From positions 2,737,060 to 2,801,059 of the forward strand of contig CM082583.2 in the NCBI GenBank assembly GCA_040954595.2: a stretch of 64,000 bases of DNA, written 5' to 3'. The number at the start of each line of letters is the position of its first letter. The first letter of the stretch is position 1. Below the pieces are notes generated by a model. That model was not told the DNA's origin. It made no database searches and saw only the letters and a list, made by a program, of their open reading frames with translations. This document shows, in pieces, positions 12,201 to 23,293 of this stretch. This DNA is from Balanoglossus misakiensis (taxonomy: Eukaryota; Animalia; Hemichordata). The position numbers and the translations under genes are program-made.

Positions 12201-13887
12201 AATTCATGGGTTCAATGCACGACTACTCATTGACCTTGACCACTGTAGCAAGTTTGAGAACTGTACCTGCAGTGGTGTCTGAGATCTAGAGCGACAAAGA
12301 ATTGACAGAAGAATAAAGAAAGAAGAAAGAAAGAAGGAAAGACAGAAAAACCCCAACGAAACCAATAGGGCCCAAGCGCTGGCTTGCGCTTGGGCCCTAA
12401 TTAAAGCTGCGAGCAGCATTGTCGGGCCCAAGCGCTGATCTTGAATTATATATGCACAGTATGAATGAGAAGAAACAGAATTTTCTATCAGATGTATTAT
12501 CTCATGACATAACAAGGATGTGTGTATTTTTGCTGCTGAAATAGGGTGAAGTAGGTCAAAGGTCACCTGAGGTCACCCAACATTTGGGCAAAAAATTTTG
12601 ACCCCATACTGGTCCATGTCCAACAAAAACCAAAACTCTAGCTCTATTGGTTCGCCTGTAATTAGGTATGTGCATATTTAATGAGGTCAGCAGGTGTCAC
12701 AGGTGACCCAAAAATGTGGCTTTACATTTTGGTCCCATCCTACCAAATGCCATGGCTGTATCTGCTCTGGATGCTGAGATATGCGAAAGTAGGTCAAAGG
12801 TCACCAGAGGTCACCCAACATTTGGGCAAAAAATTTTGATCCCATACTTGTCCATGTCCAACAAAAACCAAACCTCTAGCTCTATTGGTTCGCCTGTAAT
12901 TAGCTATGCACATAATTAATGAGGTCAGCAGAGGTCAAAGGGGTCATGAAAAGTAGCAAAATATTTTGATCACACACTAGTCCACAAGCATCAAAAACCA
13001 AACGTCTAGCCCTATAGGTTAGCCTGGAATTAGATATGCAGAAATAATAATGCGTGATAAGTAGGTCAAAGGTCATGTGAAAAATCGCCAAAAAATTGTT
13101 ACATATTTTAGTCACATGACGATTGATATCCATAAAAAGAATTTGTATGCTATCAATTTTTAGACTAGAAAAAGGAATTTCAATTTTTCACTGCTTTTTA
13201 CAAAATCCAATATGGCCGCCATAATCTTTGACCAATCACAATGCTCTTTGCAAACTTGATAGACATCAGTGTAGTGACCATACTCCCCGAATCTTGTGAC
13301 TCAGTCATCGCCCGTTCTGGAGAAGAAGATTTTTGGAGTTTAACTATGGTTTTTCGAAAATCCAATATGGCCGCCATAATCGTCGACCAATCCCAATGAT
13401 CTTCGCAAACTTGATAGACATCACTTAGGTGACCACATACCCCAAACCCCGTGTCTCAGTTATCATCGGTTCTGGAGAAGAAGATTTTTGAAATTTAAGC
13501 CAGATTTCAGAAAAAAAATTGTAGCAAAAAAACTGCAACATTGACAGCAAAATTTCCAATGACAAAAATGATGGGTAGAAGGTAGTCTACCTGCATGCCA
13601 AATTTGAAGTCGATCTGACTTGTAGTTTCTGAGATCTGAGATTTGTATTTTTTCAGAGAATCCAGTATGGCCGCCAGGTCACGTGACTAATTAAGTATTC
13701 ACAAGTCACTGCACATCTACTCATTGACCTTGACCACTGTAGCAAGTTTGAGAAGTGTACCTGCAGTAGTTTCAGAGATCTCGTTGGCCGAAGAATTGAC
13801 ACAAGAATAAAGAAAGAAAGAAAGAAAGAAAGAAAAATTCCAACGAAACCAATAGGGCCCAAGCGCTTGCTTGCGCTTGGGCCCTAA
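9201..13887. mobile_element. Three head-to-tail non-autonomous Helentron elements (HINEs A1 9201, A2 10666, A3 12400)
   Basis: Each starts ATTAAAGCTGC(A/G)AGCAGCATTGTC(C)GGGCCCAAGC (short hairpin plus subTIR). Each ends with (GAAA)n plus AACGAAACCAATA(G/C)GGCCCAAGC...GCTTGGGCCC(T/G)TA-type long hairpin containing the complementary subTIR. Internal ~237-bp and ~155-bp subrepeats. Confidence 0.9.
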
Positions 13888-13939
13888 ATATTCCAACAAT
13901 ACCAATAGGGGCACAAGCCCGATAGGCTTGTGCCCCTAA
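13888..13939. other. Orphan Helentron terminal hairpin (14-bp stem)
   Basis: TAGGGGCACAAGCC-CGATA-GGCTTGTGCCCCTA preceded by TTCCAACAATACCAA. A variant of the HINE terminal hairpin, seen only once in the window. Confidence 0.85.
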
Positions 13940-13984
13940 ATATGTTAACGATTCCAGGTTTCGTTGTCAACACGTGTCTACATA

Positions 13985-14016
13985 TATATAAAAGCGACCA
14001 GGGTGTAGAAATCAGA
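13985..14016 (+). promoter_or_regulatory. Putative TATA-box core promoter of the mosaic gene
   Basis: TATATAAAAG at 13985-13994, Inr-like TCAG about 27 nt downstream, ATG of the signal peptide at 14026. Confidence 0.5.
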
Positions 14017-14025
14017 GAACTGAAG

Positions 14026-14302
14026 ATGGTGGTCACGCCGCACCCTTTGCGTCTGTTCGCTGGAGTCATCTGCATCTTAGCACTTCAGAGTGGCGTCGTG
14101 CGCGTGCACGCTGGATACAGCGGTCGCCACGGCCCTCTGACGTGTCTGTGTGTCGATGGCTCACTCTACACCTTCGACAGCAGCGCCACCGTCCGAAAAC
14201 ACGGGTGTTCTCTGTTCGATCACTGCGAAACCTGCACCGGCAACGAGCAACGGCCCTGCGGGAGTTGCCCTACAAATCGCTATGGACCGATGTGCGCGGA
14301 CG
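14026..14302 (+). CDS. Exon 1: signal peptide plus Cys-rich EGF-like start
   Basis: MVVTPHPLRLFAGVICILALQSGVVRVHAG...CGSCPTNRYGPMCAD; donor G|GTAAGA, phase 1. Confidence 0.8.
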
Positions 14303-14749
14303 GTAAGACATACCTGGAAAGAATTCGCATGTTTTTTTTCTCTCCCAGAAACACATTGAAGCCAATATTTTTTTTTGCAAACAAGCACATTCAGGTTGTG
14401 TATTGTTACCAAGATGAATCAAGATATGAAATTACAATCCGGTTTTCACATCCATACCGAATAAGCCGACTTCAACAGTTAATGTTCGGTTCTAGAGTAG
14501 GCGTAGCAAAAACCTCCCAAATAAAGAAAGCAAAGTGCCCTCGAAGCTTAGAGCGCTACAACGTTCAGGAAAGCAAATTGGCAGGTGTATGATTGTATCT
14601 TTGGAAAACCATCCCTTGCTCGTATTAAAGGGAAAAGTCACATTCTTGCGGTTTTGACGCGAACCCCGTGAACATTTAATTCTGATCACACCAAACCTCA
14701 TCACTTTACCTCTCCCCTCTCCCCCTACCCTCTCATCCCCTCCCCTCAG

Positions 14750-14854
14750 AATGCGATTGCGGATCTCAGCCGTGCGATGATGGAGTCTACGGTAACGGAG
14801 AATGTCTCTGTTCAACAGAAGACTTGCAGGATGGTGGAAGGTGCGAATCTCTCG
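14750..14854 (+). CDS. Exon 2: EGF-like (ECDCGSQPCDDGVYGNGECLC...RC)
   Basis: Strong polypyrimidine tract plus CAG; donor GTAAGT; 105 nt, phase 1-1. Confidence 0.85.
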
Positions 14855-15303
14855 GTAAGTGTGTGTTGACACTGATATAACATGCTGGTATCTGTTTAGA
14901 AATGAAAGTGTTTTTTTTTAATACTTGGAATACAATGTATCACCGTACTAACCATGATGTGCATAATGCCAAGTAATGATAGAAAGGCAAACAGTCAAGT
15001 TGCAATCTTTCGAACTGAAACTTTTTCAAAGGAGAGTTCACTCCGGGACACTTTCTTTCTCAAAAACAATTGTGTGTTTCCGGTAACACAGTCTACCTTA
15101 GTTCACCCTGACCCAACTTGGCTTTCCATTCTCGCGAGGCTCTGGTCAGAAAGTGAAATTCATTCAATTATAACACGCGTTCGAATAAGATTATTGGGTC
15201 AAAAACATGTAAAATAAAACAAAACCTTTTGTCAACTCAATTTCTAGGGGACAATATTTGTTTTATTCTGGCCTAAAAGTAACACCCTTGTTCATTTTTT
15301 CAG

Positions 15304-15636
15304 CGAAATCGCGGCTAAAGACCATCAAAGAAGACGAACTCTTTCCCGCGCCCACGGTTACTGTAGAATCGGACAAAATCCTCATCTCGTGGCATTTTGT
15401 GTGGTTCAAGCCTGACCCGATAAAGCGGTACGAGCTGGAGTACAAGTTTGCCGACGGGGAGACGTCGCGGTACGATCGCTGGCGCCACTTGCAGGCGACA
15501 TCGAGCCCCAATGAGACCTCTGCGGTGTTTCAGTACCCGCAAAACAGGAACGGATTCTACAAGTTCAGAGTCTCCGCGATACAGAGGGGCGGGCGTAACA
15601 GGAAGGGAATAGCAACGAACGCGGTGAAGGTACCAG
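15304..15636 (+). CDS. Exon 3: fibronectin type III domain
   Basis: PAPTVT..ILISW..YELEY..YKFRVSAI; TTTTTTCAG acceptor, CAG|GTAAGT donor; 333 nt. Confidence 0.9.
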
Positions 15637-15782
15637 GTAAGTTTTTATTTATTTTTTATTTATTCTTTAATTCAGGCCGTATGCCCATACTGTAAAAAAA
15701 AAAAAAAAAAAAAAACATACAAAACAAACCCAGAAACAACTCCATAAAAGAAAGACACAAAAGAAAAAAAAATCCCAAAAAC

Positions 15783-17642
15783 TTAATAAAGAACAACCCT
15801 GCAATGCCCCCAGAATGTAGATAAAAAGTAAGAGTCAGTCTGTATACAGCTGCGGATAACCGGGTTACCGCTTTTTTGTAAGCGTTGGCAAAAGGAAAAA
15901 ACCAATTTTCGATGTAGCGAGGTGAAGTTCAAAATATTCCTACTTACAAAGTTATGACTTATGCTTACATCGCGTTTCAGATTAAAAATCAATCTTAAGG
16001 CATTGTTATACGCAACTTTTAAAGTAGACATTTGTTTGACACTGTAGTTACACCACACGTTAAGACAATAAACACTATATAAAAAAAAACTTTTAAAAAG
16101 AGTGCACTTCACCTTATGTGAGCAATGGCCAAAATTACGCAAAATAAAATTAGCTCTAGCATAAAAGCAACGAAGCTGCCGCTGCATATCACCATCATTC
16201 ATACCCGAAGAGGACATAATATAGCCAAGATACTTTTTTGTACATACATACTTAAGAGGTTTACCATACAAATATACACAAGGAATCCTGTGTGCTTTCC
16301 AAGACTTTGGGAAAATTGCCATACACTCTGTCTTTGCAGTATGAAAAATAATATCATGCTCATTTCCATAAAGTTCACAAATGTTACTCAGTTTCTGTAA
16401 TGCTTTGACCGACGGACAAATCAAGACTAAATCGTCTGCATAGAACAAATGGTTAACAATGGTATTAGCTAGGTAACAGCCAACCCCGGCTGATTGCAGC
16501 TGACCGCTTAAATCATCTACATATATAGCGAACAGTTTGGGTGAAAGAATACTTCCTTGCCGTACACCGTTAATAACACTGAAGGAATTAGAAATTACAG
16601 ATGCCCAGCGCACAGAAAAGCATTGATTACTATACCAATATTGTAAAATACGAATAATAAAAAGAGGTATCTTGCAGTTAATCAATTTTCTAAACAAAGT
16701 CCAGTGGTTGACCCTATCAAAAGCTTTCGTAGCATCCATAAAACAGAGGTAAACTGGCGTATTATGCCTCGTATAAAAGTCAACAATTTCTTTGAGAACA
16801 AAGATACACATGTCGGTAGAGTGATTACTTTTAAAACCAAACTGTAAATTGCTTGTATCTAAGAGTGAATCAATACGAGATAGAATACAAAGTTCCAGAA
16901 CTTTCGAGATGGCCGTGACAATTGCAATGGGCCTATAATTATCCACAGAAGTAAGATCTTTGGATTTATCCTTCACAATAGGACAAATAATGGCGTGCAT
17001 TAAAGTCTCGGGTAAATAACTATGTGTAAAAAAACTAGTAAAACATAAACTCAACATAACGCAAATGATTGGACTTGCATACATGAGATGTTCGGCACCA
17101 AGACCATCATAGCCCAATGCCTTTCCCTTCTCAAGCTTATCAATACACCCTTTTAGTTCCATCGCAGTAACAACCATGGCATTGTTGTGGGAACCAGTTT
17201 TTTTTAACGATGACAGTACAAATGCTCTATCACGACAGTTCGAAACAGAATTCAACAAACTTTCATAATGTTGTTTCCACATATCGGCAACATTTTCATG
17301 ACCGGTGCAGCCACCTACACTGGTCGGAAGCGAAGATAAACAACCACGAGTGGTATGTACAGACTGCCAAAACTTACGTGTACCCCCCTGCGTCAAGTTG
17401 TTGGCCAAAGCCTGGGCCCTGGCTAGGTTTTCATCTCTTCTACACGCCCGTAAAACCGACTTAAATTTTGCACGAGTTCTGCGCATGAGATCAAAGAGCG
17501 GGCCAAACCTAGGCCTGCCATTAGCAGCCCATAATTTAAATGCATCACGAGCGGCATTGTGAAAATCACGTACATGTTCATTCCAACCTGGAACAGTTTT
17601 AAACAGGTTGGTTTATGGACTTTTTTTTTAAAGTCTGAAATA

Positions 17643-17674
<32 letters not shown>

Positions 17675-18672
17675 AAACCCAACCCCTCTGCCTTCGAAGC
17701 AGGAATGCAGTTCAACGCAGCTGATTTAAGAGAAGTAACAATATTCGAATACAAAGAATTTAGACTGCTAATGTGATCTATATTCTTACAGTTAGGATCT
17801 CGACATACAAGAGCAACATTTGGGATATCTAGTCTACGGAGTAAGCACTCCGTCATATGATCATAAGCAGACAAGTTCCTGGGCGTCGCTTTACTCCAGT
17901 TAGGCTTCACATGAGCATTGGTCACATTTTGTGGAATCGGATCTGTATGTACTAACCCAACAATATCAATATTTACAGAAAGAGGAAAATGGTCAGAGGA
18001 CACATAATCATACAAAATACCAATACTAGAAATAGCATTATGTACTGCATGGGTGCTCAAAATATGGTCCAACCAACCTGTACTACCATGTGCATCACTA
18101 ACGAATGTAAAATTATCATTGCATCTACCAAGCTTTTCAACATCGGAGATATACAAATTATGTTCTTTACAAAAAATATCAAGCTCCCTAGCAAATATTG
18201 TACCAAAGTTAGCGTTAAAATCGCCACGAATTATAACATTCGTTGTGTCAATATCATTAATAATGCAATTAATTTTTGCCAAATAATTCATATAAGTGTC
18301 ATAATTTTCTCCAGAACAGGTCGGAAGGTACGCACATAAAATAAAAAGTTTTCCAGAAGATGTAACAATATCAGCACCTAAAAGTCTTGTATCATCTAAA
18401 TATTTTATTGAAAAGTTTTGTCCCAAGGATTTACGCCACATGATTGCAACTCCACCAAATGGACGCCCGATGCGAATTCAACAGTCATCTTGAATGGCAG
18501 AAATACCACATGCATTAAAGTCTTTGTGAATACTCGATAGAAGAGGTAGTTCCGCTTCCGTCAGCCAGTGTTCTTGAACGAGTATAACATCATGATCGTT
18601 ACAGAGAGACATAATAGAGTCTACTGATGACTTTATGCCACGACAGTTATATGTAGAAAGACGTAGTGTCAT
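15783..18672 (-). pseudogene. LINE ORF2 (AP endonuclease plus reverse transcriptase), disrupted
   Basis: APE motifs TYNCRG, VQEHWL, GDFN, LDHI, SDHFP. RT motifs NYRPIA, QFGFK, FMDATKAFD, GVRQGSILSP, YADD, KYLG. One premature TGA at 18478-18480 and a 73-bp frameshifting insertion plus TSD at ~17604-17676. Confidence 0.93.
17604..17671 (+). mobile_element. 68-bp 3'-tail fragment of a related LINE inserted in opposite orientation into ORF2
   Basis: TATGGAC...GTCTGAAATAAAG plus (TAT)n tail; TSD TTAAA (17599-17603, 17672-17676). Removing 73 bp restores the frame GLGFKTVPGWN. Confidence 0.75.
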
Positions 18673-18680
18673 ACAATAAA

Positions 18681-19505
18681 TTAATAGTAACGGCGGATAA
18701 GAATACCATCAGGCCACATCGCAGGGTCACGAATTTTCTCGGCGAACTCACGTGTCGTTTCAACCACAAATGATGAATAAGTATCATATTTGGTTTTCAG
18801 TTGTTCGCATTTAACGGTAACATGACTGCGTTTTTTAATATAAGAAATAACAGCATCTGAAGTCGTTGTGGGTGCAAATCTAGTGACAAAAAATTTAAAA
18901 GGCGGATTAGGGCGAACAGATTTGATAGCAGAATCATCACTGAGTTTTGCTGTGCCAAAAACTGCCTGAGGACGACGTTTAGGTCGGCGAGACACCACAG
19001 TAAACTCTTCTTCTCCATTCCCCGACTGGATTTCAGATACCTTTGTCGATGGTCGGTCCGACTGAACTGGACGCTTGGCTTTCACCGCTGATACACGTGA
19101 TTGAACTATGTCTGCATACGAGCTCGTATGAGGGTCTTTGTTCAGAGAACAATGGGGATCCAATGGTTCACAAACAGCTGGTCTTGGCGGCTCACATTGT
19201 GCCACCTGTGAAACCACGTCGCTTTCAACACCTCCTTTCTGCAAATTATCGACGCAATTTTTCACTTCACAAATTTCTTGCCGCAACAAACTGAGTTCAC
19301 TTGCAAAATCGGTCACCTCGGACCGCACCACAGTGTCTTTCATTTGTGCCATTTCTCGCCTTAGTGACTTCAGTTCTGTCATCAATGTGGAGACGTCAAT
19401 GTGAGACGTATCAATTGGCGGGAGTTTTGCCAAATCTTTAGCAACGAAGCATGGCAGGTCTTCAATGGCAACTTCGTGGAGCAATTTCACCATATCCATC
19501 AAATT
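18681..19505 (-). CDS. LINE ORF1, 5'-truncated
   Basis: LPCFVAKDLAKLPPID motif, coiled coil, and C-terminal FVTRF..CEQLKTKYDTYSSF..WPDGILIRRY typical of non-LTR ORF1. Ends 8 nt before ORF2. Confidence 0.8.
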   Translation of the reverse strand, partial: NLMDMVKLLHEVAIEDLPCFVAKDLAKLPPIDTSHIDVSTLMTELKSLRREMAQMKDTVVRSEVTDFASELSLLRQEICEVKNCVDNLQKGGVESDVVSQVAQCEPPRPAVCEPLDPHCSLNKDPHTSSYADIVQSRVSAVKAKRPVQSDRPSTKVSEIQSGNGEEEFTVVSRRPKRRPQAVFGTAKLSDDSAIKSVRPNPPFKFFVTRFAPTTTSDAVISYIKKRSHVTVKCEQLKTKYDTYSSFVVETTREFAEKIRDPAMWPDGILIRRYY

Positions 19506-21244
19506 GTAAGTAATTAGCCGATTTAAGCGTTGCCCTGCCCGTGCGTACTCTATGCGCTCCCGTGTTTGGAGGGAGTGGGTTAAATTAAAAGAACCCGTGC
19601 GTTGTCGCATATTTGTTGTTATAGACACTTTCCTAGTTATTGCTAGATATTGATAATTACGCTAGCAACGGGTTGCTAGTCAAATAATACAAGTCAAGCT
19701 TTCTGTGAAAATACAATATGTGCATGATTTAACAAAAACGTAACTTATATGCCGTTTCAGTGGTCGTGACATGATCGGCCGTGTGTTGGTTGTCCTGTGC
19801 CACATGTTACGAACCAAAAACTCGCAACACAAACACCCAGACAGCAACAACAATGATACACAGTACACCCAAAGTTATATGTTTCACTGCGAATCTATTT
19901 GTCACAGGAAGAAAAATAATATCATAGTACAAGCACTGAAACTTAAATGTTACTAGGGTTCTTACTCAAATATTGTAATGTCCTCAAGAAACTTGTATCA
20001 GTTCCGCGGTAATATTACACACGTGGTGAGCGGACGCGATAATTCAGTGTTCCGTGAGTTCTCTGCACCGACCCGACGATGGTTCACGCTGGCGTGCTGC
20101 TTTCTCACAAAGTTCTTTCCTGAAGTCCTCTCAGAAGAAATTAACAGGTTCACTTCATTTACAGTTGCTGGCGCATGGCGTAGACATGCATTTGAAGTCC
20201 GAGAGCAACGCTGAATTCAAACCAACAGGACAGCTGAACTTCAACACCGAGCTCCCACGTGGATTACAAGATACCAGTCCACGTCGCTCATGGCCGAGTG
20301 CTCCTTGTCTGTTTTCTGTTCGGCTCACGCCACTTGTTGACTGCCGTTGCTGAGAGTCAAAAATCAAAAACCCTTACGTAATATTCAAAATACCCAGGTG
20401 GACGTCTACTACAGCTAACGCTATGTTAATGACGTACACCCTTATTGTTCATCCACCACTGATATTTAAATTATATGCATTCGTAGTACAATCGCAACAC
20501 AAATAAGAATGTCCTCCCATATAAACTGCCTACCCCAGCGAGATCTCGCAGGGTCTCGTGAAGATCTTAAAACGGTCTATTGTCAAAAGCTATTTCACTT
20601 TTTTTCTTCTTCCGAGTGGGTCGCAATGCATTCAACGAGGGAGTCAGGTTCCTGGAAATCTGGTCATCATGTTGTCGTTGCCGTCCGTTATTTTTGCCAA
20701 CTAAAATAATCTAAGATCCATAAGTTATACAATCGTTTGTGATGACACTTCACCCTTCCTGTATATATCACGCATACACAAGTCTCACGCACAGATTTTA
20801 AGGTTTCGCTCGTATCATAGCGCTATTTTCGCTTGAAGTAATGTACGTACATGAGATCCATCGCCTTCGTATCTGAATGGAATGGTATAGACAGTTCCGA
20901 TGACGACGCTACGATTTCAGTGTTGTTCCCTGTTGGACTTCTCAGTAACCCACCCGTTTCAAAATGCTAATATCAATACATTTTCTCCTATCTTTTCATC
21001 TTCATTGACCACTCGCAGTTTCATTGCACTATTCAGAAAGAAATTATGTATTTTTGTCAAATATGAACTGGGATCATCAAAGTTAGTGTACCTCCCCCCC
21101 CCCCCTCCACAGATAACGACAGCCTTAGCGTGACTGCAAGTGTCCTGTCCACTTCTGGACCTTTATATAGCCGATTATATTTTCCAGGCAAATTTATATG
21201 AAATTATCAATCATTACCAAACTTTGACTCTGATTTTCAACCAG

Positions 21245-21562
21245 GTACACCTGAGGCCCCTGCTGACGTGCGCCTTGTCCCCGTCGGTGTCAACTCAGTG
21301 ACGGTCAAGTGGTCTGACCCCCCGGGGGTGCTGTCCAGTGCCAGTGGCAACGAGGTTATCGGTTACATGGTCCAGTACGTGTCCTTAGACCTTCCCGGCC
21401 AACGTTGGACCACATTCGTGGATGCCAGGTTGGAGGAGAACGCCGTCACGGTGGACATCCTCGAGCCCTCCGGTACGTACAGGTTCAGGGTCGCCGCCAG
21501 GAATAAACTTGGAGTCGGTAGCTGGTCTCAAGAGCAGACGATAACGTTACCGAAACTGGAAG
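21245..21562 (+). CDS. Exon 4: fibronectin type III domain
   Basis: PEAPADV..SVTVKWSDP..IGYMVQY..LEPSGTYRFRVAARNKLGVGSWS; 318 nt, phase 1-1. Confidence 0.93.
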
Positions 21563-21796
21563 GTGAGAAATGATAATCCACTTTGTTCATTCCTGACTTC
21601 TGTGACAAAATTTCAATGTCTCGACTTTTTTTTCTTGAAACGACAAATTTTGTTTCATGATTATTAACTGAGTTGTTGGGCCACAAATGTCATTTCGAAC
21701 TCATGGGTAGTTCCTCGTCTTCTCATCCGACAAGGAAATCTCACAGTCTGTAGTTTTACGGAGATTGTGAAACTTCATTTCCCTCATGTACTGTAG

Positions 21797-22060
21797 AGGC
21801 CATAGAGTGCTACACCCAAGAGGACGGGTCAGACTATCTTGGGAGGGTCTCTACAACCATAAGCGGCCAGCAGTGCCAACCATGGACGACGACGACGCGC
21901 ATCCAACTCTCCTCTACAGGAATGATGTCAGCTCGAGATCGCAATTATTGCCGAAATCCGTCTGGTTACCACAGTTCAGCCTGGTGTTGGACGGGTGCAG
22001 CCGAGTCTGCCCGAGAAAAGTGCCAGATAGGAACGCGTCAGTCTGCTGAATGCCCGAAGG
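21797..22060 (+). CDS. Exon 5: kringle domain
   Basis: ECYTQEDGSDYLGRVSTTISGQQCQPW...NYCRNP...AWCWT...EKC..EC; 264 nt. Confidence 0.92.
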
Positions 22061-22529
22061 GTGAGTTAACTTTATTTTACTGTGTGCCCCCGAAAGACAT
22101 TTGTATCCTGTGGCATCTACATATGTAGCACTTCAATTTTTTGTTTGTGTTGCGTCTTAAAAGGACAGATTCAGAACAAGAAAAAAATTAGAAAAAATAC
22201 AACCGTTGCAAAAAGTGGTAATATTGTTTTTTTTCGAAGCTTCGCGTAAACGCACGTCACATGACCACTGTATAAATATTAATAGTGATTGTGCATTGTA
22301 CACGATCGGGTTTCCCTACATCTGGCATTTCAGAAAATATACACTTTTGGGGGTGAAGGACTTTGATAATTGACAGGAAATGTCGGCATGTATGTTGCAT
22401 TTCCCGCGAGGTACGTGTGGACGTGTTAGAGTCGGACGTCGCGAACTTAGCAATTGCCTGTACACTGTATTTGACCTAGTAAATACCCTTGTCTTCTCTA
22501 ACAAATCATATCGCCCCTTTTCAAAACAG

Positions 22530-22571
22530 CTTGTCCGTCTGGTATGATTCTATCCGCCGAAGACACATGCG
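22530..22571 (+). CDS. Exon 6: 14-codon Cys micro-exon (ACPSGMILSAEDTC)
   Basis: CAG acceptor, G|GTGAGT donor, phase 1-1; resembles the CPxG..L...C half of an EGF module. Confidence 0.65.
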
Positions 22572-22899
22572 GTGAGTATCAATATTTCACGATAGAACAA
22601 AGAGAATGTTGCACACATATGAGCAAACACGTAGGAGTTTCGACAATCTACTCAGAGGTACATGCAAGTTTAGTGTAAATACGTTCAAGTCAATAGAGGG
22701 AATGTGAGCTACTGGCTGCATGAATGAATGCGAAGCACTCTATGACACTCGAAAGGGCAAACAACCTACATCTAATGAAATAATGGTTATCCTAGATAAG
22801 CATTGATTCGACTTCGCCCTCGCATTGAAGGGACAATTTCAAATTTCTATCATTGATCGTTCATTGTTGTACGTGCTGTGCCACTGTCTTTACTTCCAG

Positions 22900-23134
22900 T
22901 TGCGGATGACCAAACTGTGATCTACAACCGAGTCCCGCTTGCGAATGGCGAGGTGTGCACATGCGCCCTCCAGACGGAAGGCGGACCGAACTCGACAGCC
23001 AAATACATCGAACCGCAGTCATTCCTCGGTTGGACGCACGCATGTGCACGGGCTGTGGGCAACAATTCGAGAGTGTTGATCGACAACATATATAACATGG
23101 ACGCCGATGTGTGTTATGAAGAATGTCTGAAAAG
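22900..23134 (+). CDS. Exon 7: N-terminal part of PAN/apple-like domain
   Basis: ...DADVCYEECLK; TTCCAG acceptor; AG|GTGGGC donor, phase 2. Confidence 0.75.
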
Positions 23135-23146
23135 GTGGGCTTTCTG

Positions 23147-23293
23147 TGGACTCTCTCACAACCCACGGTTCGCTACAAGGCTCTTCACTGATGCGCCCTC
23201 AACTGCTTAGCAAAGGAGAAGCCCAATATGGTGTTGTGTAGCGATCAGTCCATAAGCCTGCATGGACGACGAAAGGGGCTGTGAGAGAGTCTA
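23147..23293. mobile_element. Short TIR MITE with 9-bp TSD (AcademH-like), copy 1
   Basis: TIRs TGGACTCTCTCACA / TGTGAGAGAGTCTA; TSD GGCTTTCTG (23138-23146, 23294-23302); homologous to the copy at 29457. Confidence 0.8.

Larger units (their letters stand above)
1..13939 (+). mobile_element. Autonomous Helentron, right portion, including nested insertions
   Basis: Transposase ORF, then a noncoding region, then a diverged HINE-homologous subterminal region (~7300-9200) ending in (GAA)n. Three nested HINEs follow (9201-13887), then a unique terminal hairpin at 13906-13938. The link between ORF and terminus is inferred from colinearity. Confidence 0.7.
15643..19505 (-). mobile_element. 5'-truncated non-LTR retrotransposon (RTE-X-like LINE), antisense in intron 3
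   Basis: Partial ORF1 plus APE-RT ORF2. The 3' end (minus strand) reads TATGGGCATACGGCCTGAATTAAAG plus an (AATA)-like tail. 6-bp TSD GTAAGT at 15637-15642 and 19506-19511. Clade assignment is from motif recognition only. Confidence 0.85.

Noticed and set aside
13930-14592. 220-aa single-exon ORF
   Set aside because: Only 14026-14302 looks coding. The remainder is promoter or hairpin upstream and intron read-through downstream.
15694-15715. Plus-strand poly(A) as a retroposon tail
   Set aside because: It lies inside the 3' UTR of the minus-strand LINE (poly-T in element sense). The real tail is at ~15643-15665.
19506-19628. N-terminal extension of LINE ORF1
   Set aside because: Lies beyond the GTAAGT TSD and lacks ORF1-like sequence, so it is a chance open frame in the intron.
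19950-20720. GC-richer intronic segment with several overlapping short ORFs and CGAGATCTCG motif
   Set aside because: May be a decayed transposon, but I found no TIR/TSD, domain motif or phase-compatible exon.
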